Shown here piece by piece: positions 13,320 to 24,739 of a stretch of 64,000 nt of DNA. The position numbers were made by a program, and so were the translations under genes. Location: contig JAPDFW010000069.1 in the NCBI GenBank assembly GCA_028826165.1, positions 310,001 to 374,000 of the forward strand, written 5' to 3'. Within the stretch, counting starts at the first letter, position 1. Each line of letters starts with the position of its first letter. Below the pieces are notes generated by a model. The model made no database searches and was not told the DNA's origin. It worked only from the letters and a program-made list of their open reading frames with translations. This stretch comes from Anaeramoeba ignava BMAN. Taxonomy: Eukaryota > Protista > Anaeramoebae.

Positions 13320-13347
13320 CATTTATGTTAGGTTATAAAAACCTAAC
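13234..13347 (-). ncRNA. U6: U6 spliceosomal snRNA
   Basis: The minus strand reads ...AAAATTGGAACGATACAGAGAAGATTAGCATGGCCCCTGTGCAAGGATGAC... with the ACAGAGA box, AGC triad and ISL. 5' stem-loop GTTAGGTT/AACCTAAC and an oligo-T Pol III terminator. The 5' end is uncertain. Confidence 0.95.
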
Positions 13348-13484
13348 TAAAATATCTCGAAAGATATTTGTAAATTAGACCAATTTTTTATTTTATTTTT
13401 TTTATTATTTATTTTTTATTTCTTTTTTTATTTTTTTTAATTATGGAAAAAAAAATTTAATTAAAAAAATAAATAAAAAATATT

Positions 13485-13835
13485 TAATTCAAAAAATATC
13501 TAAATTTATTAATAGTTTTAATTTAATATTTAATTTAAATTCTTTTTGAAATTAATTAAATATTAAATATTTATTATTAAAATAGATTAAAATAGATTAA
13601 TTTCCTTTTTAAAAAAATAAATTAAAAATATTTAATTGAAAAATATCTAAATTTCTTAATAGTTTTGATTTAATATTTAATTTAAATTCTTTTTTAAAAT
13701 TAATTAAATATTAAATATTTATTATTAAAATAGATTAAAATAGATTAATTTCCCTTAAAAAAATAAATTAAAATATCTAATTGAAAAATATTTAAATTTC
13801 TTAATAGTTTTAATTTAATATTTAATTTAAATTTT
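13485..13835. repeat. ~146-bp tandem repeat, about 2.5 copies, same family as 16730-18650
   Basis: TTT(A/C)TTAATAGTTTT...AAAATAGATTAAAATAGATTAATTTCC unit at 13505, 13652 and 13797. Confidence 0.85.
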
Positions 13836-14066
13836 GTATTTCTGATTATTTCATAAATATTTCTATTATTATTCTTTATTATTCTTTATTTATTATCTTT
13901 AAAAAACAATTTTTCAATTTAATCTTCTTTTTAATAATATTTTTAAATTAAAATTAAATTATTTATAATTGGGTTTGTTTTCTTATTTATTGATTTGAAG
14001 AATTTAATTTGATTGAAAGTAAATGAAAAATGAATTAAATTTTGAAAAAAAAATGAAAAAAAGTTT

Positions 14067-16599
14067 TTAAATGAAATAAGTCTCAAGTTCATCAACAATC
14101 CATTTATTATAAGAACCAGCTAAATAACTTTGAGGTTCATTTGATTGATAATTAATTCCATTAGGTAGATTATAACTTTCACCAAAATTTGAATAACCAG
14201 ATTTTAATTTAGAATTTAACCGAATATCATCTATAAATATTTTAATAAAGATAAATAATTAATTTTAATAATAATTAATAATAATTTAATTTAAAATTAA
14301 TTTTATTTTAAATTTAAATAATAATATTATTTATTATATTAATATTTTGGATTATTTATTAATTTAATTTTAATTATAATAATAAATATTTATTAAATAT
14401 AAATTATTTACCATCTATTTTAATAAAAATAAATAATTAATTTTAATAATAATTAATAATAATTTAATTTAAAATTAATTTTATTTTAAATTGAAATAAT
14501 ATTAATTATTTATTATATTAATATTTTGGATTATTTATTAATTTTATTTTAATTATAATAATAATTATTTATTAAATATAAATTATTTACAATCTATTTT
14601 AATAAAAATAAATAATTAATTTTAATAATAATAAATAATAATTTAATTTAAAATTAATTTTATTTTAAATTTAAATAATAATATTATTTATTATATTAAT
14701 ATTTTGGATTATTTATTAATTTAATTTTAATTATAATAATAATTATTTATTAAATATAAATTATTTACAATCTATTTTAATAAATATAAATAATTAATTT
14801 TAATAATAATTAATAATAATTTAATTTAAAATTATTTTTATTTTAAATTTAAATAATGATATTATTTATTAATTTAATTTTAATTATAATAATAAATATT
14901 TATTAAATATAAATTATTTACTTCCAAAAATTGGACCATAATGTAAATGATAAAAAATTGCGACATTTTCGTTTCCTTTTTGAATTGTAAACTTTTCTGG
15001 TTTTCTATCTCCTTTATCATTTCTTAATGAAAAAATAAATGCATTTGGATCTGGAATATTTCCATAACCATAATTTGGATAATCTAACTTTGAATCTGAA
15101 TCTAAATCTGAATCTGACTCTGATGAAAGAGAAAATGAATCATCTTTATTCCATTTTGATTTATCAGTTGTCCATCCAACTTGAGTAAAACCTCCAAAAA
15201 TAAAATTATCTTTTGTTTTGATAATAACTAATGTTTTTCCTTTATTATCACATTTTGAATGCCATTTTTTAGAATTAAATCCATCTTTTTTTGTTGAAAA
15301 TCCTTTTTTCATTTTAGAAAAAAAATCATTATCATTTATCCATTCTTGTAATTTCTTAACATATTCAATATCTTTAATAATTTTTGAATTTGAAAAAATC
15401 TTCAACAATTTAAGATTTTGAATTTCTTCATCTTTTTGTTTGAGAATCTTTTCTTTCTTTTCAATTTCTTTATCTTTCTTTTGATTTTCAGATTCAAATG
15501 ATTTGATTCTTTTATCTCTTCTTTTAATTTTATTATCTTTCTTCTCAACTTCTTTCTTCCATTTATCTTCAATTTCCTTTTTTTGTTTGTCATTTTCTGA
15601 TTTCAATTTTTGATTCCATTGTTTTTGTTTTTCAGTTTTAGATTTCAAATCTTGATTCTCCTTTTCTTTTTCTTTAATTTCCTTTTCTTTTTCTTTGATT
15701 TTCTTTTCATTTTCTTTGATTTTCTTTTCTTTTTCTTGATCTTGAATTTGAAAAATAGTTCTTTCAAAATGAATTAAAAAAGAATTTGGAAGAAAAAAAT
15801 CAAATTGTTTTAATTTATCAAAATCTTGTTTTGAAATTGAATCTTTATCAAATAATGAAAAAAAAGAATGAAATAATCTTTTCTTTGCATTCATCTTGTG
15901 TTTATATTTCTTTAATTTTAATGATTTAACTCTTTTTTCAATCCAATTATTTAAAAATTGAAAAAAATCAAATTGAAAAATTTCTTTTTTTTCTTGTTTA
16001 AATTGAATAAATTTGATAATTTCTTCTTTAGTTAAATTGAATAAATTCTCATTATTTTGAATTTGGGAAAAATTTTGATTTATTAATTCAAAACATTTTA
16101 TTTCAATTTCATTTGAATTTAAATTTCGATTTTGGAATAAAAATTGGAAAAAATTTGAATAATTAATTGAATTTAAAATTTTTTTTTGAATAATTTCTTT
16201 CAATAAATTTAATTTAAAATAAATTGAAATTTCCAATAATTGAATAAGATTTTCTTGATTCTCAAAAGAAATATTTCCATAATAAATATAACTCAAAATT
16301 GATTCCATTTCTTTTTTATTAAATTGATTTAAAGAAATTTTATCAATATCGTTTTTTCCTCTTAAATACTTATTAAAAAAAGGAGATCTTGAAGATAAAA
16401 TTGATTTATGAACTTTAATTTCAAAAGGATTTGATTTATTCTCAACAAAAATTGAAAAATCTTTAAATGAATTTCCTTTTAAAAGGTTTGAATAATCTTT
16501 AATTAAATTTTTTGTTACTTTTTTTTCTAAATTTTTCATTTCATTTTCATTTTCATTTTGATTTGCATTTTCAATTTGGTTATTATTATTATTATCCAT
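14067..16599 (-). CDS. BTB/POZ - coiled coil - TLDc domain protein; main exon 16599-14922, last exon 14230-14067
   Basis: BTB: FKDFSIFV..IKVHKSILSSRSPFF..ILSYIYYG. TLDc: KDGFNSKKWHSKCDNKGKTLVIIKT..FIFGGFT..AFIFSL..YGPIFG. The C-terminal exon DIRL..YLAGSYNKWIVDELETYFI* completes the TLDc domain. Confidence 0.9.
14231..14921 (-). repeat. Intron made of four tandem 150-181-bp intron units separated by AG|NNN|GT
   Basis: Minus-strand junctions TAG|ATT|GTAAAT (14771-14769 and 14593-14591) and TAG|ATG|GTAAAT (14414-14412). Confidence 0.85.
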
Positions 16600-16729
16600 T
16601 TTGTTTTTTGTTTTTGTTTGTTTTGTTTTTGTTTTTGTTTTAAAAAAAAAAGGAAAAAAATGAAAAAAAAAATTTAAATAAAAAAAAAAAATAAAAAAAG
16701 TGGATTTTGAAAATAAATAAAAATATAAA

Positions 16730-18650
16730 AAATATTTAAATTTCTTAATAGTTTTAATTTAATATTTAATTTAAATTCTTTTTTAAAATTAATTGAATAT
16801 TAAATATTTATTAGTAAAATAGATTAAAATAGATTAATTTCCCTTTTAAAAAATAAATCAAAAAATTGAATTGAAAAATAATTAAATTTCTTAATAGTTT
16901 TGATTTAATATTTAATTTAAATTCTTTTTTAAAATTAATTGGATATTAAATATTTATTATTGAAATAGATTAAAATAGATTTATTTCCTTTTAAAAAATA
17001 AATTGAAAAATTGAATTAAAAAATATCTAAATTTATTAATAGTTTTGATTTAATATTTAATTTAAATTCTTTTTAAAATTAATTGAATATTAAATATTTA
17101 TTATTAAAATAGATTAAAATAGATTAATTTCCCTTTTAAAAAATAAATTGAAAAATTGAATTAAAAAATAATTAAATTTATTAATAGTTTTGATTTAATA
17201 TTTAATTTAAATTATTTTTAAAAATTAATTAAATATTAAATATTTGTTATTAAAATAGTTTAAAATAGATTAATTTCCTTTTAAAAATTAAATTGAAAAA
17301 TTGAATTAAAAAATATTTAAATTTCTTAATAGATTTGATTTAAGATTTAATTTAAATTCTTTTTAAAATTAATTGAATATTAAATATTTATTATTAAAAT
17401 AGTTTAAAATAGATTAATTTCCCTTTTAAAAAATGAATTGAAAAATTGAATTAAAAAATAATTAAATTTATTAATAGTTTTAATTTAATATTTAATTTAA
17501 ATTCTTTTTAAAAATTAATTAAATATTAAATATTTATTATTAAAATAGATTAAAATAGATTAATTTCTTTTTAAAAAATAAATCAAAAATAATTAAATTT
17601 ATTAATAGATTTGATTTAAGATTTAATTTAATTTCTTTTTAAAATAATTAAATATTAAATATTTATTATTAAAATAGATTAAAATAGATTAATTTCCCTT
17701 TTAAAAAATGAATTGAAAAATGAATTAAAAATAATTAAATTTATTAATAGTTTTGATTTAAGATTTAATTTAAATTCTTTTTAAAAATTAATTGAATATT
17801 AAATATTTATTATTAAAATAGATTAAAATAGATTAATTTCCCTTTTAAAAAATGAATTGAAAAATTGAATTAAAAAATATTTAAATTTCTTAATAGATTT
17901 GATTTAAGATTTAATTTAAATTCTTTTTAAAAAATTAATTGAATATTAAATATTTATTATTAAAATAGTTTAAAATAGATTAATTTCCCTTTTAAAAAAT
18001 AAATTGAAAAATTGAATTAAAAATATTTAAATTTCTTAATAGTTTTGATTTAATATTTAATTTAAATTCTTTTTAAAAATTAATTAAATATTAAATATTT
18101 ATTATTAAAATTAATTAAAATAGATTAATTTCCTTTTAAAAAATGAAATTAAAAAATTGAATTAAAAAATATTTAAATTTCTTAATAGTTTTAATTTAAT
18201 ATTTAATTTAAATTCTTTTTTAAAATTAATTGAATATTAAATATTTATTAGTAAAATTTATTAAAATAGATTAATTTCCTTTTAAAAATTGAATTAAAAA
18301 TAATTAAATTTATTAATAGTTTTGATTTAATATTTAATTTAAATTCTTTTTAAAATTAATTGAATATTAAATATTTATTATTAAAATAGATTAAAATAGA
18401 TTAATTTCCCTTTTAAAAAATAAATTGAAAAATTAAATTGAAAAATATCTAAATTTATTAATAGTTTTGATTTAAGATTTAATTTAAATTATTTTTAAAA
18501 ATTAATTAAATATTAAATATTTATTATTAAAATTTATTAAAATAGATTTATTTCTTTTTAAAAAATAAATCAAAAAATAATTAAATTTATTAATAGTTTT
18601 AATTTAAGATTTAATTTAAATTCTTTTTTAAAATTGATTAAAATAGATTT
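16730..18650. repeat. ~146-bp tandem repeat, about 13 copies, between the divergent BTB-TLDc and A2M genes
   Basis: The anchor TTT(C/A)TTAATAG occurs at 16741, 16887 and 17032 and continues at similar spacing. Confidence 0.9.
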
Positions 18651-18699
18651 ATTAGAAAAAAGAAACAAATACATCATCAATTAAGAAAAATATTTTAAA

Positions 18700-18744
18700 A
18701 AAATTTTCATTTTCATTTTTTTCATTTTTATTCTTAAAAAAAAA
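18700..18744 (+). promoter_or_regulatory. Example of the T-rich TCATTT initiator-like element found just upstream of most start codons
   Basis: TTTTCATTTT occurs on the sense strand, often 2-5 times, within about 100 nt of the ATGs at 3520, 10415, 12519(-), 16599(-), 18745, 24740, 26825, 28702, 35214(-), 38509(-), 38631, 41474, 43471, 62382(-) and 63337(-). Confidence 0.7.
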
Positions 18745-21700
18745 ATGCTTTCAATCGAACAAATTTCAACAACACTTCTCAATAGCCAAAGATTTATTCC
18801 TTACATTTCACTTGATAAACAATTATATCAACCAGGAGAAAACATTTTCATTCGAGCAGTAGTTTTAAATTCTTTTACAAACGAACCATTAATTGATCCA
18901 AATGTATTAAATCAACTCAAAAATGCAAAAATCAAAATTCAAGATGCAAGAGATCAAACAGTTTTAGAAGAAGATTTAAAATTGGATAATATCAAAGAAA
19001 GTAGTGTTTATTCATATTGTTGGAAAACCGATGATTCAACAAAAGGAGGAGAATATAAAGTGGTTATTTCTCATTTTATTTCTGATCAATTATTTTCATC
19101 TGAAAGAAAATTTGTTATTAGACCTTTTAGAATTCCAAGATTGAATAAGAACATTGAATTTCTTAAGCAAAGTTATTCAGAAAAAGATGAAGTTGAAGCT
19201 ATTTTATCAGTTCAAAGAGTAGAAGGCGAAAATAATAAATTGGAGGAAATTTCTGTTACTTATCAAGTTAAACATGAATCTTATTCTTTTAAAACTGAAA
19301 CAAAAAATCTTGATTCAAAAGGAAAATTATTGATTAAATTTACTTTGCCTTCTGAAATTAAATCTGATATTGTTTTGAATTGTGTTATTAAGGACGGAGA
19401 TGTTCAAGAAAATGCAATTAAAAACGTTCCTGTTGCTACTTCAAATTTTGATGTTTTTTTCTTTCCTGAAGGAGGAAATTTGGTTTATGGAATAAAATCA
19501 AGAGTTTATTTTGAAGCAACAAATGATATCAATGAGCCAATTGATTTGGAAGCAGAATTAGTTTCTTCAAACAACGAAACAGTTAATCAAAATATCATTT
19601 TAAAAACTCAACATGAAGGAAGAGGATTTTTTGAATTTACTCCCCAAAACGATAACAAATACTCTTTGAAAATCATCAAACCAAAACAAGATATCATCTC
19701 ATCAATACCTTTACCTAGAATTCTAAAAGAAGGAGTTTCAATGAAAGTTTTAAAACCCTCATTTTCATTTGGAGAAGAAATTGAGATTGAAATGATTTCT
19801 TCTTATTCAGGAAATTTCAAAGTGGGATTATTTAAAAAGGAAATTGAGATTGGACAAGAATTAGTATCAATTTCAGAGGATCAAAAATACAAGCCAATTA
19901 TTGTTAAAATTTCACCAAAAAATGAAAAATACCAACAAGGAATAATAAGAATAACAATTTACAAAGTTGAACAAAAAGAAAATCAAAAAATACTAATTAT
20001 TCCAACAACAGAAAGATTAACATTCATTAAACAAAAAAGAGAGCTTAATTTCAATATTAAACTTAATAAAGAATCTTATATTCCAGGTGAAAAAGTTGAA
20101 ATGATTATTGAAACAAAGGATCAAAACAATGAACCAATTAATTCAATTTGTGGAATAACAGTTACAGATAATTCAGTTTATGAAATGACTGAAAAAGCTG
20201 ATCGAAATCCAAGTTTATTTTCTATGGTTCATTTAGAAAATGAAGTATTAAAATTTCATGATTCTGAATCCTATCTTGATTCTAATGATGAAATTAGTCA
20301 AAGTATTTTTTATTATTTTTATATTTTTATTTAAAAAATTAATTTATTTTATTATTATTTTTATTAGAAAAACTTGATCTTTTACTTGGTATTCAAGGAT
20401 GGAGAAAATTTATTTTTTCAAGGAAAGTTCCAATCATTTTCAAAAATCAAGAACAAATTATGAAAGCTTTTGTAATTCCTGAAAACATTATCAATTTCCA
20501 AATTAAACATGATCAAGATTCAATTTCTCTTTCTTGTCTTCCACAAACACCTTTAATCAAAATCAAAGAACTTATTGAAAAAGGATTTGATATTCCAATT
20601 TCATCTCAATATATTTTCAAAGAAAAAGAATATCTTTCAGAAAATGATAAATCAATAAATGAATTCAAAATTATACAAGATCAAGAACTCAAAGTTTTGG
20701 ATTCAAGAAAAACTGGAGAGAAAATATTCGTTAATGTTCTTGATACTGATTTGGTTTCATTAGATTATAATCCAAACAACAAAATTTCTTTTGTTAAAAA
20801 ATATTTTGAAGAAAAGGAAGGAATAAAACAACAAAATCAAACAATATTTTTCCAAAATGAAAAATTAGAAGATGACAAAACATTAAATGATTATGGAATA
20901 AAACATGGAGATGTACTTAAAATCGATTCAAGTGAAATTATGGTTGAAATTCATTGTTTTAAATTTGAAACAATGAAAATTTTTATTGATCCAAAAGAAA
21001 CTGTTGGAAAAGTGAAGCAAATTATCGAGGAAAAACTAGGATTCTTTCAAATTCAACAAAAACTCTATTTCGACAATAAAATTTTGGAAGATGATAAAAC
21101 TATTCAAGAAAGTAACGTCAAACATAAATCAAGAATGCTATTTTTTCTTAAAAGACTCGAAAATTTAAAAATGAAAGTTAAAGTTCAACATTTTGAGAAA
21201 ATTATTGAATATGAAGTTTTTACAAATGAAGAAATCTATAAATTAAAAGGAAAAATTGAAAAAAATTTCAAAATTCCCTATGGCAAACAAAAATTATTTT
21301 ATAATCGAAGTGAAATTTCAAGTTATGATTTTGAAGGTAATATGATTCCAAATAATGCAATTATGCATTTAATTACAGATGAAGATGGAGATAGAGATTT
21401 GAAATTAACTATAAAAAATGATTCCAAAAATGAAGAATATCAAATTGAAACAAAATTTGGAGCAACACTTGAAGAATTAAAAGAAATTATTGAAAAAAAA
21501 GTAGGGATTGTAGAAAACAAACAAATAATTCTCTTCAATGAAAAAGAAATTTTTGATTTAGATAAAAAATTACTTTATTATTTAATCAATAATGGAGATG
21601 TTATTCATGTTCGAGAAAATACAAATCAAGATCTTTATTTTGATATCAAGATTCAACCAGTTTCAGGAAAACCTTTTCCAGTAAATGTGAAAGAATCAGA

Positions 21701-24666
21701 CAAAATCAGATATTTGAAAAAACAAATCCAAAAACAATTACAAATTCCTTTTGAAAAACAAATTCTTTTTTATAAAAGAAAATATTTGAATGATGTATCA
21801 ACTCTATCATCCGTTTCAATTTTCAAGAAAGATTCAAGTAATGTTTTAATTCAAATGGTTGATCCTAACATTAAAGCTATGATTAATATTTCGATGCCTG
21901 GTAATGAAAAAACAGTACATCAAATTGAATGTGAAATTGGAAAAACAATTGATGATTTGAAAAAATTAATGGATGCAAAAAAAATTGTTTCAGAATCCTT
22001 TGATTTATATCAAACTTCGCACCATTATCTTACAGAAAATCTAATATTAGCTTCTTTAATTTATCCATCAGAAAATTGGGAAACATTTTTGAGTTTAGAA
22101 TATTATTCATTTAATTCAGGCCAACTTTTTGTTAAAACATTAACAGGAAAAACTCTCACACTTGAAGTTAAAGCAGATGATACAATTGAAAACGTAAAAG
22201 AAAAAATTCAAGATAAAGAAGGAATTCCACCAGATCAACAAAGATTAATATTTGCAGGAAAACAATTGGAAGATGCAAGAACTTTGAGAGATTATCGAAT
22301 CCAAAAGGAATCAACAATTCATATGGTTTTGAGATTAAGAGGAGGAGGAACTGTAGAAGATATGGGAGAAATAGCATATGGAAATCAATTGGAAGAGGAT
22401 AATCAAATGCAAGAATCTGGGTTAAAATTAAATGATAAAAAACCTCTTGATATTGAGATTGAACCATTTGCAAGAGTTTATTCTCATAAATTGATCAAAA
22501 TCGAAATTAAAGATAAAGAAAGAAAAGATTTCACAAACACAATTTATTGGAATCCATCAATAAAAAGCAAAATTGAAAATGAAAATCAAGTTAAAAAAAG
22601 TTCAGATTTTAAAATTGAATTTGAAACAAATGATTCAATTACTTCATTCAGAGTTTTAATTGATGGATTTACTAATGATGGAATGATTGGAAGTTCGAAT
22701 TCTTTTGTTTTTGCTTCAAAAAAACCTTTTTATATTGAACCTAAATTACCACTTGAAGTAACTTATGGTGATGAAATTAACTTTCCTGTTTATTTTGTGA
22801 ATAATTTCCATAATCTTTCATTGAAAATTAAAATGGATATTGAAGCAAAAAATTTGAAATTAAGTGAAAACAAAAAACAATTTGAATTAAAACCAAATGA
22901 AAGATTTGCAGAATTTATCAAAGCAACAATTTTAGAAAGTAAATCAAAACTAATTTCCAAAAACATTCCAATCAAAATTACAGCAAAATGCATTGATAAT
23001 CCATCTATTCAAGATTCAATCACAAAGGAATTGAAAGTTGTTCCAAATGCATTTCCAAATCATTTCAATTATTCAGGAATTCTTTCAAACAAAATCAAAA
23101 AAATTGAGAATAAATTTAAACTTCCTTCAATGATTCCAAAAAGTTTAACTTTCTCAATTCAACTTTATCCAACAATTCTTGCTAATTTTACAGAATCAAT
23201 CAAGAGTTTAATTCAAGAACCTTATGGATGTTTTGAACAAACATCAAGTGTTCTTTATCCAATGATAATGGCACAAAAATACTTTAAAAAAACAGGATAT
23301 GATGATTTAGAACTAATTCAAAAAGCAAACACTTTTATTCAAAAGGGATACAAGAAATTAATATCATATGAATGTAAAAATGGAGGATTTGAATGGTTTG
23401 GAGATGATCCAGCACATGAAGCATTAACATCAATGGGAGTTCTTGAATTTCTTGATTTATCAACAATATTTTCAGTTAATCAAGAAATGATGCAAAGAAC
23501 AACAAGTTGGTTAATTTCTAGGAAAGATGAAGAATCAAAATCATTCAAAAAAAATGAAAGAGCATTAGATTCATTTGGATATGCACCTCAACACACAACA
23601 GATGCTTATATTATTTGGTCTTTATCAGAAGGAAAAATTGAAACTGAGAAAATTGGAGATATTATTCAAAGACTTTATCAAGAAACACATAAAGAACATG
23701 AAAATGATCCATATTATATTGCATTAGTTTCAGCAACAATGTTCAATACAAATCAAAATGAACAATCATTGGAATTGGGTAAAAAATTAGTTAAATTTCA
23801 AGATAAAAAAGAAGGATTTATTTCTGATTCAAAAACATCAATTACATCATCAAAAGGATCGAATTTAATCATTGAAACAACATCTTTAGCAATTCTTTGT
23901 TGGATAAAACATGGAAAAGAATTCAGTAAGAATATTACTCAAGCAAGTGAATGGATTTTTTCAAAATGTTCATCAGGAAAATTTGGATCAACTCAATCAA
24001 CTGTTTTAGCATTAAAAGCTTTATCTGCTTTTGAAGATTTTTCTGCTAAAGAACAAAAGGAAGAAATTTTGATTAATTTATCATTTGGAAAAACAAAAAA
24101 ACAAATTGAAATTGGAGAAAAACAAGAAGATTTTCTTGAATTCAAATTTGGAAATGAAATTTTTAAAAATGAAAAGGAAGTTGATTTTGGAATTGAATTA
24201 AAAAAAGGAACAATGATGAGATTTTCAACAAGATTTGATTATTACACAGAAAAACCAAAAGATTCAACAAAATGTCCATTATCAATTTCCACAAAATTAA
24301 AAGAAGAAAAGATGAAATTAGGAGAAACATCAGAAATTCATGTTTCAGTTGAGAATTTGGAAAATCAAGAATCAGGAATGGTTGTAGCCATTATTGGAAT
24401 TGCAGGAGGAATTGAAACAAGATTTGAACAATTACAAAATCTTGTTAAGAAAGGAATTGTTTCTTCATTTGAATTGTTTGGAGCAAGACAAGTTGTTTTT
24501 TATTGGAGAGGAATGAAGCCAAATCAAAAAATTGAATTTGATATTGAAGTACTTGCAACAATTCCAGGAAAATTTAAATCATCTCCTATCAAGAGTTTAT
24601 TTGTATTATGGAGATGAAGAAGATAAGAAATGGATTGAACCTTATTCTATTCAGATTTTCAATTAA
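18745..24666 (+). CDS. Alpha-2-macroglobulin-like thioester protein with eight ubiquitin-like domains in the bait region; exons 18745-20302, 20368-24666
   Basis: MG2 motif [24 protein letters not shown] and [10 protein letters not shown]. The 65-nt GT-AG intron 20303-20367 joins to [14 protein letters not shown]. Post-bait [12 protein letters not shown], thioester EPYGCFEQT and [14 protein letters not shown] follow. A probable 1-nt error near 24588 hides the C-terminus [26 protein letters not shown]. Confidence 0.9.
22119..22346 (+). other. Near-canonical ubiquitin domain embedded in the A2M bait region
   Basis: [17 protein letters not shown]...[17 protein letters not shown]...[14 protein letters not shown]. 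By manual comparison 64/76 residues match canonical ubiquitin. Confidence 0.95.
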
Positions 24667-24739
24667 TTTTTCAAAATCAATTTCCAAAATTTTTTCATTT
24701 TTTTCTTTTCAAAAAATCAAAATCAAAAAATAAAAGAAA

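Noticed and set aside
20460-22346. A stand-alone polyubiquitin gene
   Set aside because: The units are divergent, lack GG except the last, and are in frame with A2M sequence on both sides.
24580-24666. Programmed frameshifts at the A2M C-terminus and in the RCC1-BTB copies
   Set aside because: No slippery site plus structure was seen, and single-base indels are scattered through the window, as expected from long-read consensus error.
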